From an uncultured Gammaproteobacteria bacterium (GTDB lineage: Bacteria; Patescibacteriota; Patescibacteriia; SG8-24; DYFX01): a stretch of DNA of 64,000 nt. The DNA lies in assembly GCA_964404275.1 (NCBI GenBank), contig CAYOJH010000004.1, positions 5,172 to 69,171 on the forward strand, read 5' to 3'. Shown in pieces: positions 28,624 to 37,255 of the stretch. The notes under the pieces are model-generated. The model was not told the DNA's origin, made no database searches, and was given only the letters and a program-made list of their open reading frames with translations. Both the position numbers and the translations under genes were made by a program. Each line of letters begins with the position of its first letter. Position 1 is the first letter of the stretch.

Positions 28624-29025
28624 ATGGCCAAGCGTAAGGTCCAGGCGAGGAAGTCAGAACCGGTTAAGCTCGAGGAGCCGTGGCTGACGGACGAACTGGA
28701 AGGGCAATTATCGGTCGACGTCTATCAGAAAGGCGGTGCGATCGTCGTGAAATCCACGATCGCCGGCGTCGAACCCGAAGACCTTGAGATCTTCCTCAAT
28801 CGCGACATGCTGACCATCAAGGGCAAGCGCGAGCACGAGGGCCGCGTCGAGCAGGGCGACTACTTCATCCGCGAATGCTACTGGGGAAAATTCTCGCGGA
28901 CGATCATCCTGCCGAGCGACGTGAAAAGCGAAGAAGCCAAAGCCACGCTCAAAGACGGAGTGCTGACGATCGCGATGCCCAAGGCGCAGCACGCGCGCGC
29001 CATTCCGGTGAAATTGATTATTTGA
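28624..29025 (+). CDS. Hsp20/alpha-crystallin small heat shock protein
   Basis: VDVYQ...IAGV...LTIKGKR...ECYWGKFSRTIILP...ATLKDGVLTI. Confidence 0.93.
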   Translation: MAKRKVQARKSEPVKLEEPWLTDELEGQLSVDVYQKGGAIVVKSTIAGVEPEDLEIFLNRDMLTIKGKREHEGRVEQGDYFIRECYWGKFSRTIILPSDVKSEEAKATLKDGVLTIAMPKAQHARAIPVKLII

Positions 29026-29044
29026 ACTGGACCCCGATATCGGG

Positions 29045-30976
29045 GTGACAGGTACGATGTCCGACTCGACCAAAAAACGCCTGACGGGATCGCCCAGACA
29101 TCTGATTCTCGCCGGCGTTTTTTGTCTGCTGCTGCTTTCGGGCCTCTTGGCCGTGCAGATCGCGCGGGCCGACGGCCGCATCCTGCCGAACGTTTCGGTC
29201 GGCGGCGTCGACGTCGGCGGGCTCGCGCCGAACGAAGCGAAAGCGCGTCTGGAAGATGCGCTCCGCGCGCTCAACGTGGCGGGACTCGAGTTCCGCTACG
29301 GCGATCGCACGCTGACGGTCAAAGCGAACGAGAAAGGCGCGGCCTCGCCGTCGGAATCCCCCGTCACCTACGACATCGACGGCATGGTCGAGGCCGCCTT
29401 CGCCTTCGGGCACGACGCCGGCACGCTCTCGCTGCTCAAGGCCAACGTGCGCGCGCTCTTCGCCGACGTGCGTCAGCCCGCGCTCGTGATCGTCGACACG
29501 AAGGCGCTGCATGATCTGCTGGTCTTGCGCTTCGGCGAGCTCGAACAGCCGGCCAAGAACGCGACGCTCACGATCACGAGCGCGCTGATTCCGATCTCCC
29601 AGGATGCGGACGCCACCACGACGCCCGCCATGCGCACGGTCTGGAACGCTTCCGTCAATCCCGACTCGACCGGGCTAACATTCGATTACGACAAGGCCGT
29701 CGATCAGGCCGCCCTCGGTCTGGGACGCTGGCAAGGCGCCGCCGTCGCGCTGCGCGCCGCCACCATGCCTCCGACCATCGCGACAGCCGATGCCGAAGCC
29801 AAGATCGACGCGGTCACGAGCGCCCTGAACCGAGGCGACGCCACCTTGGCCTACGATACGTTGACCTGGACGATCCCCCAGAAAACCGTGGCAAAAGCCC
29901 TGGTTTTGAGGAAAAAAACGGACGGGACGGTCGGGGTGACGCTGAACCACGACGTGATCGAACCGTTCCTGAACCAGGCCGCGAGCGCGATCGAGAGCGA
30001 CCCTAAGCCGACGCATTTCACGGTCGATAAGAACGGCCGCGCGACGGACTTCATCGGTGGCGCGCTCGGAAAACGGATCGACCGCGAAGAGAGCTTGGCG
30101 CGTATCGACGCGCAGTTCGAAACCTCCGAGAACGGCGTGTTCCCGATCGCCGTCACGACGGTCTCCTCCTCGCAATCCGATCCGATCGCGCAGGAGCTCG
30201 GCGTCGCGGAACTGCTCGGCTACGGCACTTCGAGTTTTTCCGGCAGTCCGAAAAATCGCCGCGCCAACATCGCGAACGGCGCCGCGCGCTTGAACGGCTT
30301 GATCATCGATCCCGGCGCGGAAGCGGGCTTGCTCGATGAGCTGCGGCCGTTCGATCAATCCGGCGGCTATCTGCAAGAACTCGTCATCAAGGATAATCGC
30401 ACTGTGCCGGAATATGGCGGCGGCCTTTGTCAGATTGGCACGACGACGTTCCGCGCCGTGATGAACGCCGGCTTGCCGGTCACCGAGCGCCAAAATCATT
30501 CGTATCGCGTCGTCTATTACGAGCCCGCCGGCACCGATGCGACCATTTACGATCCCGCACCAGATTTCAAATTCGTGAACGACACGCAGAACCATGTCGT
30601 GCTAATCACCAAGATTACCGGCGACACGGCGCGCTTCGAACTCTGGGGCACGCGCGACGGCCGCGTCGAGAAGCAGAGCCCGGTCAAGATGACAAACGTC
30701 ACGCCGCCGCCGGATCCGAAGCTGATCGAAACGTCGGCGCTGGCCGACGGCCAGAAAAAATGTTTCGAATCCGCGCACGCCGGCGCGACCACCGACTTCA
30801 CTTACACCGTCACCTACCCGGACGGCACGGTGAAGACGAAGGGCTTCCATAGCGTCTACAAGCCTTGGCAGCAGCAATGCCTCGTCGGCAAAACCGGCGC
30901 GCCGCACATCTCGCTCCAGAAGGACGGCTCGCTGAAGGAAATACCGATCGCTTCCGCGACGACGACCGCGATCTAG
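29045..30976 (+). CDS. VanW family protein with a peptidoglycan-binding region
   Basis: N-terminal TM; GGGLCQIGTT.FRA...GLPVTER.NHS; GTDATIY. Confidence 0.9.
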   Translation: MTGTMSDSTKKRLTGSPRHLILAGVFCLLLLSGLLAVQIARADGRILPNVSVGGVDVGGLAPNEAKARLEDALRALNVAGLEFRYGDRTLTVKANEKGAASPSESPVTYDIDGMVEAAFAFGHDAGTLSLLKANVRALFADVRQPALVIVDTKALHDLLVLRFGELEQPAKNATLTITSALIPISQDADATTTPAMRTVWNASVNPDSTGLTFDYDKAVDQAALGLGRWQGAAVALRAATMPPTIATADAEAKIDAVTSALNRGDATLAYDTLTWTIPQKTVAKALVLRKKTDGTVGVTLNHDVIEPFLNQAASAIESDPKPTHFTVDKNGRATDFIGGALGKRIDREESLARIDAQFETSENGVFPIAVTTVSSSQSDPIAQELGVAELLGYGTSSFSGSPKNRRANIANGAARLNGLIIDPGAEAGLLDELRPFDQSGGYLQELVIKDNRTVPEYGGGLCQIGTTTFRAVMNAGLPVTERQNHSYRVVYYEPAGTDATIYDPAPDFKFVNDTQNHVVLITKITGDTARFELWGTRDGRVEKQSPVKMTNVTPPPDPKLIETSALADGQKKCFESAHAGATTDFTYTVTYPDGTVKTKGFHSVYKPWQQQCLVGKTGAPHISLQKDGSLKEIPIASATTTAI

Positions 30977-30981
30977 AAACG

Positions 30982-31013
30982 AAAAACCCCGCGCCGGTTG
31001 GTGCGGGGTTTTT
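30982..31013. terminator. Bidirectional terminator related to family B
   Basis: aaaaaccccgcgcc-ggtt-ggtgcggggttttt. Confidence 0.75.
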
Positions 31014-31014
31014 C

Positions 31015-31211
31015 TTCTCCATGCGTTTGCGGAGATGTTCTGCAGGAAATCGCGCTCAAGAAGATGTCTTATAGAAGCGTTCGAGCCGGGGCCCGAAGTA
31101 CCCTATGAGACATCTCCATGCTTGTCGTGAGCGCGAGTTTCTACAGACCAAGAATGTTTGGATCCGAAACGGTCGGCCGTGACAGGAATGCGGAGCGCGG
31201 TGCTCAAGCAA
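31015..31211 (-). ncRNA. Candidate structured ncRNA (long rod-like hairpin)
   Basis: Minus-strand TTGACA (31246)-17 nt-TAGAGT promoter; no credible ORF; nested complementary segments across 31024-31171; terminator at 30982-31013. Confidence 0.45.
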
Positions 31212-31353
31212 CGCCGCACTCTACCACGGGGTCGAAAGGCTGTCAAGAAATTGAGCCGGTGTTTCACGTCATTGTTTCATGTTTTACTGACATTTTTAAG
31301 GCGGACTTGCTCAATTTAAGCTTGATTTTAAGGCTTTTATTTGTCTGTTACCA

Positions 31354-31382
31354 TTGACAAAACCGTCTTTTTGTGATATTCT
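31354..31382 (+). promoter_or_regulatory. Sigma70-type promoter
   Basis: TTGACA-17 nt-TATTCT with TG extension and an AT-rich upstream region. Confidence 0.65.
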
Positions 31383-31416
31383 GCGGTTGTTCGAACACTC
31401 TAAAGAAAGGCGCAAC

Positions 31417-31500
31417 ATGACCCGCAGCGAATTGCGTCTGCTCACCCGCTGGAGCCTCGTGGCCCTGGCGATCGCCCTCGTCAACTGCATCTCGTCCTGA
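31417..31500 (+). CDS. 27-aa single-helix small protein
   Basis: GAAAGG SD; MTRSELRLLTRWSLVALAIALVNCISS. Confidence 0.45.
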   Translation: MTRSELRLLTRWSLVALAIALVNCISS

Positions 31501-31527
31501 TCGTCCACCCTCACAGAAAGGAACCCC

Positions 31528-31842
31528 GTGCAGCACCTTCCCAGCGACGTCCATGACCTGATCAAAGAAGGCCGCCACCTCGAAGCCGCCGCTCTCGCGG
31601 CCAAGCTCGCGCCGAGCTATGACCGGCTGACCCTGATCGGTCAGATCGCCGTCATCATCGACGACGCCTTCCGGACCGGCCACGACGCGGCCGCCTGCAT
31701 CCTCCTCGAGGAGCACCTCGTCAGCCTCGACACGATCGAGAAGTGTGCGGCTCCGCGCGACCTCGACGACGCGCCGCTCTTCCTCGATGACTTGCTGGTC
31801 ATGGTGACCGACGACGACCGCTTCTTCTGGAGCGCGCAGTGA
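31528..31842 (+). CDS. Hypothetical protein
   Basis: GAAAGGA SD; GTG start. Confidence 0.65.
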   Translation: MQHLPSDVHDLIKEGRHLEAAALAAKLAPSYDRLTLIGQIAVIIDDAFRTGHDAAACILLEEHLVSLDTIEKCAAPRDLDDAPLFLDDLLVMVTDDDRFFWSAQ

Positions 31843-31958
31843 AAGAGGACTTCTGGGCCGAGATCTGTCGGCATCTCAAGACCGACAAGACGGGCCTCGT
31901 GATCCGCGCGACGTTTCCCGTCGCTCTGATCGCCGGCCTGATCGCCAACTACCTCTAG
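31839..31958 (+). CDS. 39-aa small membrane protein
   Basis: GTGA overlap with the upstream stop; MKEDFWAEICRHLKTDKTGLVIRATFPVALIAGLIANYL. Confidence 0.5.
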   Translation: MKEDFWAEICRHLKTDKTGLVIRATFPVALIAGLIANYL

Positions 31959-32082
31959 TCCTTTCTCTCGTTTCCGGGGACCACTCGTCCCCTTCAGTCT
32001 CGGCTGCCGAACGGCTTACAATGCCGTCGGGCAGCGGAATCCTGAACCCAGCGTTCCTCACATTCAACCAGCGAGGTGACCG

Positions 32083-32868
32083 ATGATCTCCATCAAACGC
32101 GTTTCGTTTCTCTCCGCTCTCGGCTTCATCGCCGTGATGGCGATCGCCTGCGCCACCAGCGGTTGCGGCGATAACCTCCAAAAGGAGATGCCGGACGCCG
32201 GAAGCCCCGACGGAACGACCGTCGCACGGCCCGACGCCGCGCCGACGCCCGACGCGACGCCTGACGCCATGGACCCGACCGGTCCGTCGGTCTCGCAGGA
32301 CGCGCCGATCGTCAACGCGATCCCGCTGCCGGCGACGACGCTTTCCGATTTCGGCACGCCGATGATCCATCGCATGGTCATCACCGCGCCGGCCGGAGCG
32401 GACGCGCTCGTGAAAAAGCTGTCGTATGAGGTCGACCTCGCGACCGCGCATCCGGAATCGTTCTCGACGTACGTGCCGAGACTGCGCATCGTCGGATCGC
32501 CCGACGATCTGCCGGAGCGCACGAACGACGTGGACTGGATCGGCGGCGGCGATTGCGGATTCGTCAGCAATGCTTCCAAGCGCTGCGTGATGATCGTCCT
32601 CGATGCGCCGCTCGCGATCCCGGCCGGAACCTGCGTCACGCTCGACTTCTCTCTTCAAATCGCCGGCTTCTTCGCGAGCGGCGACACGGTCACGACGACG
32701 CCGGTCATCGACGCGGCGGACCGACAAGGTCCGATCCACGGCGCCGGTATCCAGACGAGCATCGGCGGCATCATGGACGGCGCGCTCTGGTCCAACGACG
32801 GCCTATGGTTTTACAATGGCCACTCGATCGTCTGGAACCAGCCGCTGGCCGAAACGCTGACGCGCTGA
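32083..32868 (+). CDS. Putative lipoprotein with a PDA-repeat linker
   Basis: TSGC-GDN lipobox; PDAG..PDAA..PDATPDAMD. Confidence 0.75.
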   Translation: MISIKRVSFLSALGFIAVMAIACATSGCGDNLQKEMPDAGSPDGTTVARPDAAPTPDATPDAMDPTGPSVSQDAPIVNAIPLPATTLSDFGTPMIHRMVITAPAGADALVKKLSYEVDLATAHPESFSTYVPRLRIVGSPDDLPERTNDVDWIGGGDCGFVSNASKRCVMIVLDAPLAIPAGTCVTLDFSLQIAGFFASGDTVTTTPVIDAADRQGPIHGAGIQTSIGGIMDGALWSNDGLWFYNGHSIVWNQPLAETLTR

Positions 32869-32925
32869 ACCTTCAATCCTTTTACCTCGTTCTTCGACCA
32901 CCACCACAAGGAAGGCAGGTCTCTC

Positions 32926-33750
32926 ATGGCCGTGAACAAGCCGCTCGAGTTCCTCTTGAACGACATCGACCAGCTGATCGCCACCAAGATCGATCCCGCG
33001 ATCCTCGGCCGCGAGGACTTGAGCCAGAACCTTCACGTCCTGGCCTCGTACCGCCAGGGCTCCGACGCTCTCGCCGACACGATCCGCGAGATCTCGGCCG
33101 AGAAGGTCAGGAACGAGGCGCTCCTGGCCAAACGCGAGGCGTCCGCTTCCGAAGCCGCGTCGCGAATGCCCGAGGCCCGCAAGTCCGTCAGGAAGGCGAA
33201 GAACCTCGGACGCCGCATCAAGACGAATCGCGAAGCGATCAAGGAGACCGCTCGGCGGATCGCCAGGAAGCCGAAGGATCTCGCGCAGCTCGAGGCGTCC
33301 AACGCCGAGCGCGGTGCGCTGATCGGACAGCTCATGGATGAACTCAGCGCGATCGTCGGCGTCTTCCTGATCGCTCATGCGAACCTGAAGAAGGCCGAGA
33401 CGCTGCGCAAGCAGAGCGCGACCCGCGTCGCCAACCTGGCGAAGCGGCTCGAGAAGGCGGATCGCGCCTTCAACGAGCACGCCGCGTCGCGCGAAGCGAT
33501 GGTCGAGCTCGCGATGAAGACCTTCGATCATCTGCGCAACCGCCAGGCGAAGCACGATCGCAAGATCGCCGAGCGCCAGGCCAAGCAGCAGCCGATCGAG
33601 GTCGTCACGACCGCGCCGATCGAGGCCCCCAAGGCCCCGAGCGACCAGGACGTGATCGCCTGGGCAGCCGAGCACGGCCTGCCGATCGAAAGCGAGAACG
33701 ACCGCCTCGGCGCGATCGAGCTCTACCAGCAGCACGGCCGCGCCGCCTGA
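32926..33750 (+). CDS. Hypothetical coiled-coil protein
   Basis: AAGGAAGG SD; A/K/R/E-rich helical sequence. Confidence 0.75.
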   Translation: MAVNKPLEFLLNDIDQLIATKIDPAILGREDLSQNLHVLASYRQGSDALADTIREISAEKVRNEALLAKREASASEAASRMPEARKSVRKAKNLGRRIKTNREAIKETARRIARKPKDLAQLEASNAERGALIGQLMDELSAIVGVFLIAHANLKKAETLRKQSATRVANLAKRLEKADRAFNEHAASREAMVELAMKTFDHLRNRQAKHDRKIAERQAKQQPIEVVTTAPIEAPKAPSDQDVIAWAAEHGLPIESENDRLGAIELYQQHGRAA

Positions 33751-33869
33751 TCGTTCCTTCCGTCAACTCTTTCCCCAGGGACTTCGGTTCCTGGGCTCTC
33801 ACCCGGCACTTCTGTAGAATATCTGCAGGAGCCCCGAGCCGGAGCCCACACTTGCGAAAGGACAACGCC

Positions 33870-34046
33870 GTGAACCCCATCGTTCCTTCGAACAGCAATC
33901 TTCCCGACGGTCCGGAGATCTTCCGCAAGGACACGACGCACTCCGGCGTGCTCCACGCGCGCAAGCTCTACCGCGACTACCTCGAGCGCCTCGCCTCCGG
34001 CGAGATCCGCAACGAGAACGACGACGACGCGCAGGAGGCCGCTTAG
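33870..34046 (+). CDS. Small hypothetical protein
   Basis: AAAGGA SD before GTG 33870. Confidence 0.5.
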   Translation: MNPIVPSNSNLPDGPEIFRKDTTHSGVLHARKLYRDYLERLASGEIRNENDDDAQEAA

Positions 34047-34256
34047 ATGAAGCACTCCTTCAACACGTCGATCATCGTCGGCTTCTTCATGGGGCTGACC
34101 GGCCTCCTGACGATCGTCGCGACCTGCGCGCTCTACGAGGCCGGAGTGACCGTCTCGGACGGGCTCAGCTCCAGCGCGCCGAGCGTCGAGAAGAAATTTC
34201 CGGCGCACCCGCGCCACGAAGTCCAGCCCGCCCTGCCGGTCGCCCTCAACCCGTGA
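34047..34256 (+). CDS. Small single-TM protein
   Basis: AGGAGG SD; hydrophobic N-terminus. Confidence 0.55.
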   Translation: MKHSFNTSIIVGFFMGLTGLLTIVATCALYEAGVTVSDGLSSSAPSVEKKFPAHPRHEVQPALPVALNP

Positions 34257-34309
34257 CGCATCTCGTCACGGAACAAAAACCCGCGCCTCTCAGCGCGGGT
34301 TTATGACAT

Positions 34310-34930
34310 TCAGGATTTCTTGATGATCTTGTCGATCAAGCCGTACTTCTTGGCTTCGTCGGCCGTCATGAAGTTGTCGCGATCCGTGTCTTTGTCGATC
34401 TTATTGAACGGCTGCCCGGTCGCCTTCGACAGGATCTGGTTGAGCGAGTCCTTCATCTTCAGGATGCGCTCCGCGCGGATCTTGATGTCGGAGGCTTGGC
34501 CTTCGGCGCCGCCGAGCACCTGGTGGATCATGATCTCGGAATTCTCGAGCGCGAAGCGCTTGCCTTTCTGGCCGCCGGCCAGAAGCACCGCGCCCATCGA
34601 AGCCGCCATGCCGACGCAGATCGTCGAAACGTCCGGCTTGATGTAGTTCATCGTGTCGAGAATCGCGAGGCCGGCCGTGACGGAACCGCCCGGCGAGTTG
34701 ACGTAGATCTTGATGTCGCGCTCCTTGTCCTGGCTTTCGAGGAACAAGAGCTGGGCGATCACGATGTTGGCGACGTGATCGTCGATGCCTTCGCCCAGGA
34801 AGATGATGCGGTCCTTGAGCAGGCGCGAATAAATATCATACGCGCGTTCGCCCTGCGGCGTCTTCTCGATGACGGTCGGGATCAAATAATTGTTCTGCGG
34901 AAACGAATTGATGGCGTAGGGATTTTTCAT
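34310..34930 (-). CDS. clpP: ATP-dependent Clp protease proteolytic subunit
   Basis: [15 protein letters not shown]; NSPGGS; AASMG; MIHQ; DRDNFM. Confidence 0.97.
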   Translation of the reverse strand: MKNPYAINSFPQNNYLIPTVIEKTPQGERAYDIYSRLLKDRIIFLGEGIDDHVANIVIAQLLFLESQDKERDIKIYVNSPGGSVTAGLAILDTMNYIKPDVSTICVGMAASMGAVLLAGGQKGKRFALENSEIMIHQVLGGAEGQASDIKIRAERILKMKDSLNQILSKATGQPFNKIDKDTDRDNFMTADEAKKYGLIDKIIKKS

Positions 34931-34990
34931 ACAGGTAAAGTATATCGCTAGGCCGTTCCTTTGACAAAGACGCACGAGGGCTTGGGTTAT

Positions 34991-35164
34991 GTCATCCCTG
35001 CGAAAGCAGGGATCCAGTACCGCCAGAAGTCGTTATTGAACTGGATTCCAGCTTGCGCTGGAATGACAAGGGGGCGTGCGTCGAGCCGTGCATGTCATCC
35101 CTGCGAAAGCAGGGGGCAGCACTTACACATGTCATCCCTGCGAAAGCAGGGATCCAGTACCTAT
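34991..35164. repeat. Cluster of four family C REP-like units
   Basis: gtcatccctgcgaaagcagggatccag at 34991, 35094 (degenerate) and 35131; inverted ctggattccagcttgcgctggaatgac at 35041. Confidence 0.85.
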
Positions 35165-35448
35165 CAAAAATTATAGGATAGATCCTTCCAATCCGGATTT
35201 TCCCTCTCGATCAATTGGATTTTCCAATCACGTTTCCAAGCCTTCAGCTGTTTCTCGCGCTGAATGGCAGAAAACACATCGCTTGTTTCTTCAAAATAAA
35301 CGAGTGTCTTTAAACCATACGTTCGCGTGAACCCCGCCACCACTCCGGCCCGATGTTCCGTGATCCGTCGCAAGAGATCGTTTGTCACACCAATGTACAG
35401 TGCTCCACCGAGCCGATTTGTCAGAATATACACGTAGTACGTGCGCAT
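35164..35448 (-). CDS. Stand-alone GIY-YIG nuclease (YhbQ/Slx1-like)
   Basis: YYVYIL...LYIGVTNDLLRRI.EH...LVYFE...AIQREKQLKAWKRDWK...NPDW. Confidence 0.92.
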   Translation of the reverse strand: MRTYYVYILTNRLGGALYIGVTNDLLRRITEHRAGVVAGFTRTYGLKTLVYFEETSDVFSAIQREKQLKAWKRDWKIQLIERENPDWKDLSYNF

Positions 35449-35482
35449 AGGTACTGGATTCCAGCTTGCGCTGGAATGACAT
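35447..35482. repeat. Family C REP-like unit at the 5' end of the GIY-YIG gene
   Basis: ataggtactggattccagcttgcgctggaatgacat. Confidence 0.85.
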
Positions 35483-35509
35483 ACCTCTACGCTCGCACGC
35501 AAGCCTTCT

Positions 35510-36514
35510 TCAAAGCGCCGGCAGGTCGAATTGGGGGCCGAGGTCGGCGCGTTCGACGGTCCAGCCGTTCGGATGTTCGACGATCGCGCCGTCGACGGTG
35601 AAGCCCGCGGCTTTGCGATGACCTCCCCCGCCGTAGGTCTTGGCCATTTCGGCCACGTCGGCATCGGTCGCGCTGCGGTAACTGCCTTTGACCCGATGGC
35701 GGCCCAGCTCTTTCAGCACCAGCACCACGTCGGCTTGCAGCAGATGATTCAAAAAGTTCGAGAGGCCTTCCAGATATTCGTCGTCGACCGGATGATCGTT
35801 GAAGTCGCTGCGGAAGAGCGCGGTCGAAGCGAGTTTCTTTTCGGGATCGAAACGTAGACGCTCGAGCGCGCGGCCCCAGAGCTTGAGCGCGTCGACCGGC
35901 TTGTTGCGCATCAGGCGCTTGGTGATATCGCGAATCGAGACGCCTTTGAGCAAAAGCTCGGAAGCGATCTCCAAGCTCTTCACCGTCGTGGCGGGGTTAG
36001 AAAAATTCGACGTGTCGGTCAGGAGGCCGGTCATGAGGCAGACCGCCATCTCGCGCGAGACGTCCGCGCCGTTGTCGTCGAAAAATTCATGCACGACTTC
36101 GGCCGTCGAGGAGGCGTCGGTGATGACGAGGTTCGCGTCGCCGAAGAGCGCGTTGGTGACGTGATGATCGAAGTTCGCGATGAACGGTTTCTTCGGCATG
36201 GCGGCCACGAGCGCGTCGATACCGGCGTAGGCCAAGTCGCCCGCGTCGAACACGCACAGCGCGTCGACGGCTTCGTCCTTGAAAATCGCCGTGACATTCG
36301 TCACCTCCTTGAAACGCGGAAAGTACGCGTAGGCCGAGGCCGGCTCGTCGATGCAGAACGCATGGGCTTCGCGGCCCTGATCGCGCAGCCAATTGTAGAC
36401 CGCCATCATGCCGCCGAGCGTGTCGCCGTCGGGCTTGCGGTGCGAAACCAGAATCGGCTTCCGCGCGTGGGAAAGCTTTTCGAAGATGCGTTTTGACGTC
36501 GCGAGATGCGGCAT
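35510..36514 (-). CDS. DHH/DHHA1 family phosphoesterase (NrnA-like)
   Basis: HRKPDGD; DHH; GLLTDT; GGGHRKAAG. Confidence 0.92.
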   Translation of the reverse strand: MPHLATSKRIFEKLSHARKPILVSHRKPDGDTLGGMMAVYNWLRDQGREAHAFCIDEPASAYAYFPRFKEVTNVTAIFKDEAVDALCVFDAGDLAYAGIDALVAAMPKKPFIANFDHHVTNALFGDANLVITDASSTAEVVHEFFDDNGADVSREMAVCLMTGLLTDTSNFSNPATTVKSLEIASELLLKGVSIRDITKRLMRNKPVDALKLWGRALERLRFDPEKKLASTALFRSDFNDHPVDDEYLEGLSNFLNHLLQADVVLVLKELGRHRVKGSYRSATDADVAEMAKTYGGGGHRKAAGFTVDGAIVEHPNGWTVERADLGPQFDLPAL

Positions 36515-36571
36515 AAGGTCAAAGTCCATCACCGTACGGAAAAAGAAAAACCCCGTCAAGAGACGACGGGG

Positions 36572-37255
36572 TTACGAATCGACGACGCGGATGCGGACGG
36601 GGCCGCGGCCGGCGCCGAAGATGTCATGCGGAAAGCGCGCGCTGATCTGCATCGGCCTGACCCGCAGCGTGACGCCGCAGTCGAAGAAGCGCTGCCACAC
36701 GCGGCTGACGAAGGCGATGTCGACCTCCGTCAGCGTCATGACGTCGCGGGCGCTTTTCTTCGGCATCGACGGAACGCCGTTCGCGATCGCATCCGCCAAG
36801 GCATAGGCGATGTCCGACGGGCGGCCTTGCGCGTCGAGCAGGCTGCGCGTGACGGTGAGCTCGGGCGTCGGGTCGAGCTCGCGAAGATCCGTCCCGTCGG
36901 TCGTGCGATAGCCTTCGACCGTCTTCATGAGCGACAGGTCGCCGAAGGGATGGAAGCTGATCGCGTACGGCCAGGCTTCCAGCACGCACCAATGATCCGC
37001 CACGTCGATCTGCGATTTGAGATCGACCATGGCCGTCTTCAGCACGAGCTCGGCGTCGGCGTCGAAAAACGGCAGACGCACGTCCTCGCACGGCAGGCTG
37101 GAGGCCAGGCGCGCGTCAGGATGCGCGCGGCGGATCGCGTCGGCCGCCGCGCGCAGCATCCGGAAACCGGTGTCGAGCACGTCGTGGAACTGGAACTGCG
37201 GCCCGTCGCCCACGACGACGTCGGGCAGCTTCGTCGGAGTGATGAAGCGGATCAT
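36572..37255 (-). CDS. Hypothetical protein (paralog of the adjacent gene)
   Basis: DGPQF, ELDPTP and RFPHDIFGAGRGPVRI. Confidence 0.7.
   Translation of the reverse strand: MIRFITPTKLPDVVVGDGPQFQFHDVLDTGFRMLRAAADAIRRAHPDARLASSLPCEDVRLPFFDADAELVLKTAMVDLKSQIDVADHWCVLEAWPYAISFHPFGDLSLMKTVEGYRTTDGTDLRELDPTPELTVTRSLLDAQGRPSDIAYALADAIANGVPSMPKKSARDVMTLTEVDIAFVSRVWQRFFDCGVTLRVRPMQISARFPHDIFGAGRGPVRIRVVDS

Noticed and set aside
31417-34256. Prophage
   Set aside because: No integrase, terminase, capsid, tail or att sites were found. It is kept only as an orphan operon.
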